IMG/VR virus record: IMGVR_UViG_3300032770_000002
Span: 62,001 to 126,000 of that record
Strand: one strand, 5' to 3'
DNA length: 64,000 nt
Shown here piece by piece: positions 56,262 to 63,772 of this stretch; position 1 is the stretch's first letter, and every line of letters starts with the position of its first letter. Position numbers and translations under genes: made by a program. Under the pieces are notes generated by a model, which had not been told where the DNA came from, did not search any database, and was given only the letters and a program-made list of their open reading frames with translations.

Positions 56262-56840
56262 TTAGACGACCCACTCCCAAAACAACATCAAGCCGAGCAG
56301 CTCCTCATGAAAACCGTTCTTTTTCATCTCGGTCCAAGCGTCGTCCTTCGTCCACCCCTGTTCCCAAACTCGGTAGCACCCGATGACAAGGCCAGTTCGG
56401 TCTTGGCCATGCTCACAGTGGACGAACACGCTCGTTGGGACTTCAAAGGCCGTTGTGATGATGGACGTGGCCGCGACGACGAGGTCCTTGCGCGGCTTGA
56501 AGACGAGTTGGTCTTCAAGCGGGATCGGCATGTAGTGGACGCGAATGCCAAGGGCCTCAGCCGCGACGTCAGACGATTCACCCTCAGTGTTGAGCTTGAC
56601 GACGTCCGTCACGCCTTTGTCCTTGAGCCACTTAAAGCCGTCATTGTCGGGCTGCCCGCCACGGTAGATGAATTTCCCTGGCGGTGCGCTGATGGCTCCC
56701 TCAACGGTCATTAGGTTAGGGATTCCTACGTCTGGCATGATGTTCATGGGACCTAGAACACCGACCCTGTTCTTCTGGCCATGGGCAATGGATTTGACGA
56801 ACCGAGTGAGCATGTCAAGAACACCTGCAAGGTTGGCCAA
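56262..56840 (-). CDS. Cys-based protein tyrosine/dual-specificity phosphatase
   Basis: YRGGQP, VFVHCEHGQDRTG (HCxxGxxR). Confidence 0.9.
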   Translation of the reverse strand: MANLAGVLDMLTRFVKSIAHGQKNRVGVLGPMNIMPDVGIPNLMTVEGAISAPPGKFIYRGGQPDNDGFKWLKDKGVTDVVKLNTEGESSDVAAEALGIRVHYMPIPLEDQLVFKPRKDLVVAATSIITTAFEVPTSVFVHCEHGQDRTGLVIGCYRVWEQGWTKDDAWTEMKKNGFHEELLGLMLFWEWVV

Positions 56841-56999
56841 GACAACGTGACCTGCCGATACCTGGCATTTTCCGGCGGGTTCAGGTGCGTCAAGTTAGAC
56901 CCAGGCCTCAAGGCTCAGCTGGACAAGCGCGTGGCTGAAGACAGCATTGGCGCCCAAGGTGACAACTGCCCTGGAAAGCCGTTTGACTCCAAGTTATGA
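56781..56999 (+). CDS. Small Cys-rich hypothetical
   Basis: CKVG...CRYL...CVK...GDNC; overlaps the phosphatase 5' end, so one start is likely shorter. Confidence 0.55.
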   Translation: MGNGFDEPSEHVKNTCKVGQDNVTCRYLAFSGGFRCVKLDPGLKAQLDKRVAEDSIGAQGDNCPGKPFDSKL

Positions 57000-57277
57000 C
57001 CACGAAGGAAGCGACCATTGCCGGGGTGATCCTCGGTGTCACTGCCGGTTTTGTCTTGACGCTTCACACGCTGTATGTCACCCACCGTGACGCGAAGACC
57101 TTTGCGTCAGACGGAACCGCCGCACTGTGGGAGGCCATCAGCTCGAGCTCGACGACTCAGCTCAACTTCTTCATGGCCCATGGTGGAATTGTCTACACAG
57201 CCAAGGGCAGTTCCTCCAATGGCGTCTACGAGATCCGGCTCTCGCCGATTTGGACAAACAAGTCAGGTCACCAGTGA
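56996..57277 (+). CDS. Membrane-anchored hypothetical
   Basis: N-terminal TM. Confidence 0.5.
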   Translation: MTTKEATIAGVILGVTAGFVLTLHTLYVTHRDAKTFASDGTAALWEAISSSSTTQLNFFMAHGGIVYTAKGSSSNGVYEIRLSPIWTNKSGHQ

Positions 57278-57633
57278 CCAATCAGGAGGACGAGCTCCCA
57301 CATAAACCCGATGTGGAAAGCCTGGTCAACGCAGAACGGGCCAGTGGGCCACTTCGTCACCGGTGATTGCCCGAATCGCCTCATCCACCACAGGTGCAGC
57401 GCATATCGGTCTTGAAGCCAGTGCTCAACCAAGATGGCCAGGACGATCGGCCACGTGACAACGTTGCAGGACCACAAGGTCCAGAATGGGATTGAATAGG
57501 CAACCACGTGGACGGTGCAGGTGAAGCTGCTCTTCGACTTGGCTTGCATCCAGTGATTTTGCAGGATCAAGTCGCCAATGAGGTGGGCACCGATGAGCAT
57601 CGCGAGCATACTCAATGCCAGAACAGCAACCAT
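57268..57633 (-). CDS. DUF3307-like membrane protein
   Basis: AHLIGD..LQ, HV..Y, EHWLQD, DQAFH. Confidence 0.78.
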   Translation of the reverse strand: MVAVLALSMLAMLIGAHLIGDLILQNHWMQAKSKSSFTCTVHVVAYSIPFWTLWSCNVVTWPIVLAILVEHWLQDRYALHLWWMRRFGQSPVTKWPTGPFCVDQAFHIGFMWELVLLIGHW

Positions 57634-57645
57634 ACTTAGGAACGT

Positions 57646-57975
57646 ATGGCCGTTGACGAGCGAGTTCCATTTTCAGGTCTTACCGCGGCAGACCCGGTAA
57701 CGCCGTTCAAGCTGACTGACATCATTGCGAAGTCTGACGTCGCGATCGAAACTCCACAGAGCCAGCGCGCGACGATTGACCAGCTGATTACGTTCATTCA
57801 GCAAAACATCATCACGTTCATTCAGCAGAATGCGAAGCAGGTCTACGACTACGTTTCTGACCCAAACACTGAGGGCATCGTTCCAGTCAACCAGGACGTC
57901 CCGAACATCGCATATCCAGCAAGTGGCGTTGGCTCAATCATGGTCTGGAACAAGACGTCGAAGATATGGATATGA
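57646..57975 (+). CDS. Hypothetical, probable virion protein
   Basis: 109 aa. Confidence 0.5.
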   Translation: MAVDERVPFSGLTAADPVTPFKLTDIIAKSDVAIETPQSQRATIDQLITFIQQNIITFIQQNAKQVYDYVSDPNTEGIVPVNQDVPNIAYPASGVGSIMVWNKTSKIWI

Positions 57976-58074
57976 AATCTCGCTCAAGAACTGTTCGCAT
58001 CGGCCTCATTCAACGGCAACTGACGGCCCTGCGAAAGCAGTTGAAGCGTCTCCTCACCTCACGTTCTACTGGGC

Positions 58075-58308
58075 ATGGAAAGAGACGAGCACTCCGCCCG
58101 CGTTAAGGCCTGGGTAAAGTCCGGCCAGTCAGTTGACCTCGACATCATTCAATACCGCCACGACGTTCGCAACGCGGTCTTTGTCTTAGACCAACTGCAC
58201 GCGTGGCCTGATTCGGTTGACAGCGTGTCGGTTGAGCAGGTCTTGTTTTGCTGGCAGTTGATTGAGCGGCTTCGCAGCCAGAAGTTTCCAGAGGAGCTGC
58301 GGATGTGA
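58075..58308 (+). CDS. Hypothetical protein
   Basis: 77 aa. Confidence 0.45.
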   Translation: MERDEHSARVKAWVKSGQSVDLDIIQYRHDVRNAVFVLDQLHAWPDSVDSVSVEQVLFCWQLIERLRSQKFPEELRM

Positions 58309-58399
58309 GTGGTAGGTGATTACCCCATTTAAACCACGCAATAAGTCATGTAATGATTAAAGAATGGCGTGGGGTCGGATGTAACTAAGAGCAGACAGC

Positions 58400-58756
58400 A
58401 TGGCGAAAAACATTTGGAACCACCCAATTTTTAGCCGCATCAGCGGGCTTCTCGGCCTGTTTGTAGTCGCCCTCTCGACTTACGCCATGCTGTCACACTT
58501 GATGGCTGACATGAAGCCGCCTGTCTCCATCCAAACCGCCATCGGGTTCTTCATCATTGGGTGTGCCATCTTCATCCTGGCCGCGCGGAAGCGAGCGGCC
58601 ATCCATGTCATCGAGGGCCGGATTGAGATTGATGAAAATCGGTTGGACAAGATTGAGGCGGCCCTTAATGACCTTGCGCTGATCGTCCATGAGCTGAAGC
58701 TGAGCATCGCGTCATTCCACGACGACAAAGACCACCACGATGCCCGCGCTGCGTGA
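58400..58756 (+). CDS. Two-TM protein with coiled-coil tail (holin-like)
   Basis: Two hydrophobic segments followed by heptads. Confidence 0.55.
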   Translation: MAKNIWNHPIFSRISGLLGLFVVALSTYAMLSHLMADMKPPVSIQTAIGFFIIGCAIFILAARKRAAIHVIEGRIEIDENRLDKIEAALNDLALIVHELKLSIASFHDDKDHHDARAA

Positions 58757-59066
58757 GCTCGACGCTGAATTTCTCAAGCACCACGAGGACGGCCACACCC
58801 GAGTTGAGACACTGGCCGAGGCCGACGGCATCTACTTCCTCTGCCCAAAGTGTTTCCGCCAGCTAGGCAGTCGAGTCGGCTGCCACGGCGTCATCTGTTG
58901 GTTTACTGGGAAGGTCCCGAACGGGCTTTATCCAGGTCCTGGGAGGTGGAACCCAAGTGGAACTGGGATGGATGACCTGACGTTCGTGCCGCCCGGCGCC
59001 TTTTCAGTCCAGCTTGTCGGCGGCTGCGGGTGGCACGGTTACGTCAAGAACGGGTCGGCCGATTGA
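58740..59066 (+). CDS. DUF6527-like small Zn-binding protein (second copy)
   Basis: FLCPKC...H...RWNPSG...SVQL..GCGWHGYVKNG. Confidence 0.65.
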   Translation: MPALRELDAEFLKHHEDGHTRVETLAEADGIYFLCPKCFRQLGSRVGCHGVICWFTGKVPNGLYPGPGRWNPSGTGMDDLTFVPPGAFSVQLVGGCGWHGYVKNGSAD

Positions 59067-59068
59067 CA

Positions 59069-59683
59069 CTATGGCCCAGTGACGTGGAAGTTGCCAGGGG
59101 CGACCGGGATGACTGAAAGCGTTGCCGGTGCACTGGTTGCCGACCCACCAGGGTTGGTCACCTTGACGGTGTAGACGCCGTTGTCAAGGCCGGTGACTGC
59201 CGTCAGCGTCAACGTCGCGGTCGTCGCCCCACTGACCGTTCCACCATTCGAGAGGTTCGTGCCGTTCTTGAGCCACTGGTATGTCAGGTTAGACCCGCTC
59301 GCGCTGACTGACAGGGTGATCGTTGAACCAGAGTTGTTGGTCAAGCTTGTCGGGCTGGTCAGGATGACTGGCGCCGCAAACGGCACTTGGTAGCTGATCT
59401 CTGACGAGTATGTGCTCTCCAGTCCGTTTGTCGAGACCGACGTGGCCGCGAAATAATAGGTGGCGCCCTCAACCAAGCCGGTAAACTGGGCCGTCGTGGT
59501 GTTGCGTCCTGAGACGGCGACCTTGTTTGTGTAGGTGTGCGAGGCGCCGCCCTCATAGACGTTGTAACCAGAGACGGTCACGTCCGACACGGCCGTCCAA
59601 CCTAGCGTGACGGTGTTCGCTTTGGCCGTAAAATTGAGTGCAAGGAGGAGCGTTGCTGCGAGTATTAGTCGTGAAGGTTTCAT
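59069..59683 (-). CDS. Secreted FN3 plus Ig (I-set) domain protein
   Basis: Signal peptide ending AKA; VTLGW...GYNVY...GL..GATYYFA (FN3); P.ILTSP.S...LSVSASG..LTYQWLKNG...GVYTVKVTN (Ig). Confidence 0.88.
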   Translation of the reverse strand: MKPSRLILAATLLLALNFTAKANTVTLGWTAVSDVTVSGYNVYEGGASHTYTNKVAVSGRNTTTAQFTGLVEGATYYFAATSVSTNGLESTYSSEISYQVPFAAPVILTSPTSLTNNSGSTITLSVSASGSNLTYQWLKNGTNLSNGGTVSGATTATLTLTAVTGLDNGVYTVKVTNPGGSATSAPATLSVIPVAPGNFHVTGP

Positions 59684-59721
59684 ATTGGCTACATACGCAA
59701 GGACGTTGAAGTTCTGTCAGG

Positions 59722-60102
59722 GTGACGGCAAACTGGCACTTTATGAGTGACTTTGACCCGACAAAACTGGCCCAGATGCCAATCGCAGAACTGCTTGACA
59801 AAGTGGGCGCCTACATCAAGCACGTTCGGAAGACGCGCTACCCGCTCCTGGCTATTTTGACGTGGGTCAATGAGCAAATGCCTGCGACGTTGACCGACGG
59901 CCGCCACGTCTGGCTGAGTCGGCTTATACCGCACACGCTCGGGCCGAACAACGATGTCATTGCCACGTCAATCATGGCCGCGTATACTGATAACCCACTC
60001 AAGACAAACAAGCACCAAATTGAACTGATTGCAGTGAAGGTCAACGAAATTGCCAAATTAGGCCACGAGATCGACGACGGCGAGGAGAAGCCAAAGCCAT
60101 GA
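59722..60102 (+). CDS. Hypothetical protein
   Basis: 126 aa. Confidence 0.55.
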   Translation: MTANWHFMSDFDPTKLAQMPIAELLDKVGAYIKHVRKTRYPLLAILTWVNEQMPATLTDGRHVWLSRLIPHTLGPNNDVIATSIMAAYTDNPLKTNKHQIELIAVKVNEIAKLGHEIDDGEEKPKP

Positions 60103-60233
60103 AAATCAGCTTCATTTTTGCGTGGTATGATTTGTGGGTCGGCGCTTATTGGGACAAGAAGAATCGTCGGCTTTACATTTTGCCATTGCCGACGATTGGA
60201 CTATGTATCGAAATCACTAAAACCACAAAGTAG
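60099..60233 (+). CDS. Small protein (44 aa, FAWYDLWVGAYWD)
   Basis: Read by eye; ATGA coupled; below the ORF-track cutoff. Confidence 0.55.
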   Translation: MKISFIFAWYDLWVGAYWDKKNRRLYILPLPTIGLCIEITKTTK

Positions 60234-60234
60234 T

Positions 60235-60414
60235 ATGCACAGCGAGCACTCATCAAAAGGTGACAGAGACCCGGAGCCTAGAAATGAACAAGCCGAACGG
60301 GCACGGGAATTCTATTTCCACAAGGACAAAGCAGAGGACGCCAGAAAGCGCGGTGACTACGAATCTGCACGCTATCATGAACGTGAAGAAGCAAGGTTAT
60401 TCAGGGGTGATTGA
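60235..60414 (+). CDS. Small charged helical protein
   Basis: ATG 60235. Confidence 0.5.
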   Translation: MHSEHSSKGDRDPEPRNEQAERAREFYFHKDKAEDARKRGDYESARYHEREEARLFRGD

Positions 60415-60630
60415 TTGATTTTTATTTGCCAAGAACCAGCGCGCCACAAGCCGCCCGGACCATACTGGTCTGGAAGTCACTGGTGCGGCGTTGAGTCACG
60501 AAAGACCTACTTGAACGAGGCGCTCGCCTGTGAGGAAGCTTGGAAGATCTTCAAGACATCTCAACGCCCGGTGCTTGTCATGAACGACAACACGCTAGTC
60601 CTGCGAATTCGGCCGCGTCGTGGAGTATGA
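60415..60630 (+). CDS. Hypothetical protein
   Basis: 71 aa. Confidence 0.45.
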   Translation: MIFICQEPARHKPPGPYWSGSHWCGVESRKTYLNEALACEEAWKIFKTSQRPVLVMNDNTLVLRIRPRRGV

Positions 60631-61040
60631 ACAACAGCCAAAAGTTAGCGGCCATTGACGCCGTCTATGCGTCCTTGCCGAAGTTGGAGTGCCAGCGAAA
60701 GTGCATGGCATGTTGCCAGACATTCGGCATGACCGGCATTGAACTGAAGCGGCTCCAAGCGGTTGTCGGCCCACTCAAGACGCGGAAGACGCGGTGCTAC
60801 ACCGAGAACCCGCTCACCTTTCGCGGCGTGCTGATTGGCGTCCAAGAGGTCCTTCACTGTCGGACTTGCCCAATGCTTCAAGGCGACACGTGCTCAGTCT
60901 ACGCCATTCGTCCACTCGTGTGCCGCATCTGGGGACTGACGGAGCGCACCCGGTGCTCATTTGGTTGCGTGCCAGAACGCTGGTTGACTGACGAAGAGGC
61001 CTATGCCATTGCGATTCGTGTCCAACAGCTGAGTGCTTAG
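60627..61040 (+). CDS. YkgJ/CxxCxxCC-family Zn/Fe-chelating protein
   Basis: CQRKCMACC, CPML...CSVYAIRPLVCRIWG. Confidence 0.82.
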   Translation: MNNSQKLAAIDAVYASLPKLECQRKCMACCQTFGMTGIELKRLQAVVGPLKTRKTRCYTENPLTFRGVLIGVQEVLHCRTCPMLQGDTCSVYAIRPLVCRIWGLTERTRCSFGCVPERWLTDEEAYAIAIRVQQLSA

Positions 61041-61043
61041 TCC

Positions 61044-61451
61044 ATGCACGCCATTCAACTCGGCCCTAGCCAGCCACCGCTTGAGGGCGAGTTGCCGAAG
61101 GACTTCATCCGGTGGCTCATCCTTGAAATCAATGGGCGTGTCGCTAGGGTCGGTTCAAAGTGTGAGGCTGACATAACTTGGCCGAATCGGGAAGCCCAGA
61201 AAAAGCTCGAAGAGCGTTACATTGCCATCATTGTTGAGCCAAGCTATGATCGCAATGGCTACTATGACCCGGGGGCTGGGTTTGTGTGGGAGGACGAGTA
61301 TCAGGAGCACGTTCAGAAGTTGACGGAGATGATTGGGGTTGTCTTGCCACAGTCTTTTTTCCAGTGCCCGAGGTGTTCGAATGTTCACACGGCGCCGACG
61401 CGGCATTGTCGCGAATGTGGATTTTCGCTCGGCGAGCCGCCCAGTGCCTGA
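61044..61451 (+). CDS. Hypothetical with C-terminal Zn ribbon
   Basis: CPRC...CREC. Confidence 0.55.
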   Translation: MHAIQLGPSQPPLEGELPKDFIRWLILEINGRVARVGSKCEADITWPNREAQKKLEERYIAIIVEPSYDRNGYYDPGAGFVWEDEYQEHVQKLTEMIGVVLPQSFFQCPRCSNVHTAPTRHCRECGFSLGEPPSA

Positions 61452-62187
61452 TTCGGTCATAGCGACGATACCGTTCTTTTACGCTTTCACTTTGGCTCGC
61501 CCACCAAGTCTTCCAACTTATCCTGCGTCGGTTACGGCGCTCTGGATTTTCACGATACCTCATTCGGTCACGCTCACGGATGACCTCGCGATTTTTGTAG
61601 TAAGAGCGCCGCGCCTGTGCACGGATTCGGCAGACTGAGGAGTGATACCGCTTGCCATGCTTTGGCTTGAACCTGACGTTGCACTTCTTCCAAGCGCACT
61701 TGACCAATGGTCGAGCTTGCAGCTCACGCCGGCGCCGCTCGGCTGACGTCCACTTCATCCTGCACCTTGCCTTGCAAAACTTTTGCTGTAATCGATATGG
61801 GTCGAATGGCATGCCACAGCCTTTGCATAACGGCTTCTTCTCCATGGACATGCGGATTCTGGCCGGTTGGTGCGGGCGGTTGGACATCAGCGCTGGGCAG
61901 AAGTGTGTCATGAACCGTCGCTTGATGAGCTGCCACAGGGCGTGAAGCTCTTGCGCCGGCCGGTGGTCATCATTTTCAGTTCTTGGGTGGAGTTTGACCT
62001 TCAACCTGTCATAGAGTTTTTTCGCGTCATCAAACAGATACTCGAGCTCGGCTCTCGAGCGGTCCCAGAAGTGGCCATGGTTGTGCGGGACACGCACGCC
62101 AAGCTGCGCCAAGAGGGCCTTCGTTTGGACGTGGCGACGTGGCTTGTGGTTCGGTCGTTGATACTCGACAACGGCATGTTTCGTCAC
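61228..62187 (-). CDS. Basic protein with J-domain-like helix pair and tandem treble-clef Zn fingers
   Basis: AKKLYDRLKVKLHPR...QELHALWQL; CKGC...FCKARC; CAWKKC...YHSSVC. The 3' end overlaps a plus-strand gene. Confidence 0.5.
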   Translation of the reverse strand: MTKHAVVEYQRPNHKPRRHVQTKALLAQLGVRVPHNHGHFWDRSRAELEYLFDDAKKLYDRLKVKLHPRTENDDHRPAQELHALWQLIKRRFMTHFCPALMSNRPHQPARIRMSMEKKPLCKGCGMPFDPYRLQQKFCKARCRMKWTSAERRRRELQARPLVKCAWKKCNVRFKPKHGKRYHSSVCRIRAQARRSYYKNREVIRERDRMRYRENPERRNRRRISWKTWWASQSESVKERYRRYDRIRHWAARRAKIHIRDNAASAPCEHSNTSGTGKKTVARQPQSSPSTSERAPDTRPPTQTQPPGHSSHCDHSLAQQ

Positions 62188-62485
62188 AGTCTACTATACG
62201 GGTTCAACCGACGATGAGTTGAGGACGACCTTCGAGTTCTTGTTTACATGAAAAAACTTTCGATAACTCGTCAAAATATCCACAAAGGAATAGAAGCTTC
62301 GTGTCAGGCCTTAGCTAAAGCTGAAGGAACTGACGTTGTCGAAGAGAGGGCCAGAGTTGCCAGGTTCGTTTATACTTCGATTAAAACGACGCAGCGTAGT
62401 CAATTTCACGAAATAAGTGGACTTCAACCGGCTTGCGGTCGACCCGGGCATCGTCATTGCGGGTGATTTGACGTAGTTATGCCAC

Positions 62486-62767
62486 ATGAGCACTGGCATC
62501 AGTCGGATTCTCGAGTCGAAGGACAACACCAAGCGTGTCGGGCGTGACCTCGTCGACGCGCTAAACAAGCTGAAGGAGTGCGTCCGAGTTCAGCTCGTTG
62601 ACAACCAAGAAGAAGAGGTGGAGGGCCGCGAGCTTGCCATTGGCCGGCGCATCCTCGAAATCTGTGGTGGCACAATGTCCCACAAGGAAGTGGCTGAAAT
62701 TCGAGAACTGGCCCAAGAGCTCGTCAACATTCACTCGCCCACCGGTCCTGAACCGGTTCTTCAATGA
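62486..62767 (+). CDS. Hypothetical with leader-like start (MSTGISRILE)
   Basis: 93 aa. Confidence 0.6.
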   Translation: MSTGISRILESKDNTKRVGRDLVDALNKLKECVRVQLVDNQEEEVEGRELAIGRRILEICGGTMSHKEVAEIRELAQELVNIHSPTGPEPVLQ

Positions 62768-62768
62768 C

Positions 62769-63134
62769 GTGAGACATTCTCGTGGTTTAAACTCTGATCG
62801 ATATCGTCAATATAGCAAACAATGGAATTTAAGAAACAAGGAATATGGCAGCAACTGGCGACGTGAACGGCGAGCGGCCAATAGAAAATTTCTCTTTGAA
62901 TATCTTAAAACTCATCCGTGCGTAGATTGCGGTGAGGACGACTTTGTTGTCTTAGATTTTGACCATGTATACGGAAAGAAGACCGTTGGCTGGAATCAGC
63001 TTATGCCAGGAAGTCGCTTCAGGCTTTTGCAAGAGATTCAAAAATGTGAAGTTCGATGTGCAAATTGTCATCGACGTAGACACTATCGAGAAAAATCAAG
63101 AGGAGCTAGATTTCGAGGATTGGTGCCTATTTAA
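62769..63134 (+). mobile_element. Free-standing HNH endonuclease
   Basis: HPCVDCGE...LDFDHV...EIQKCEVRCANCHRRRH; AT-rich; GTG 62769. Confidence 0.85.
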
Positions 63135-63772
63135 TGACCCGCAACCCGCATAACGCCATCAAGCGACTCGTCGAAGGGCCGGCTGAACTGACGAAGTATT
63201 CTTCGGTCAGGACGGAGCTTGACTTCGCCCTCGGTGAAATCCGTGACAAGATCACCACGCTGCTCAAGCTGCCTGTCAGCCAAGACCTGAAGGACGCCGC
63301 AAAGCTCTTCATCCAGCACCTTGAGCGCTATACCGTCAAGCGGTCGCTCGACCAAGACTCCGAATTGAGGACGGCGACAAAATTCTCATCGTCAAAGGCC
63401 GCCGGACGGGTTTACTCCTCGGCGGTGATCTTGCAGGCCATCAAGAAAGCCACTGGCAAGCGAAATTGGAGACAAGTTGAGGATGACGAGGAGTATGAGG
63501 CGGAGATGGTCGGTGAGACGATTGCCCACCTCTATGACGACTATGGCATCGAGGTCACGACGCAGGAACTCGTTCACATGGCCTTCGAGCGTGAGACTGA
63601 CAATCGCAGCGCTTTGGCCTACGTCTCAGTCTGGCTATTTCCTGGCGGCATCTACATTCAAGACCTTGCCACAGACCGCGTCAGCGGCTACGACAGCATT
63701 GTGAAGACGCCGCGCGAACTTGAGAAGGAGATTCGTCACTTTAGTGCCTATGATGGAGATGATTGGGAATGA
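63134..63772 (+). CDS. Hypothetical with leader-like start (MTRNPHNAIKRLVE)
   Basis: TAATG overlap with the HNH stop. Confidence 0.65.
   Translation: MTRNPHNAIKRLVEGPAELTKYSSVRTELDFALGEIRDKITTLLKLPVSQDLKDAAKLFIQHLERYTVKRSLDQDSELRTATKFSSSKAAGRVYSSAVILQAIKKATGKRNWRQVEDDEEYEAEMVGETIAHLYDDYGIEVTTQELVHMAFERETDNRSALAYVSVWLFPGGIYIQDLATDRVSGYDSIVKTPRELEKEIRHFSAYDGDDWE

Noticed and set aside
62241-62270. GTTTACA as a sixth early promoter
   Set aside because: No convincing extended -10 at 16-18 bp spacing.
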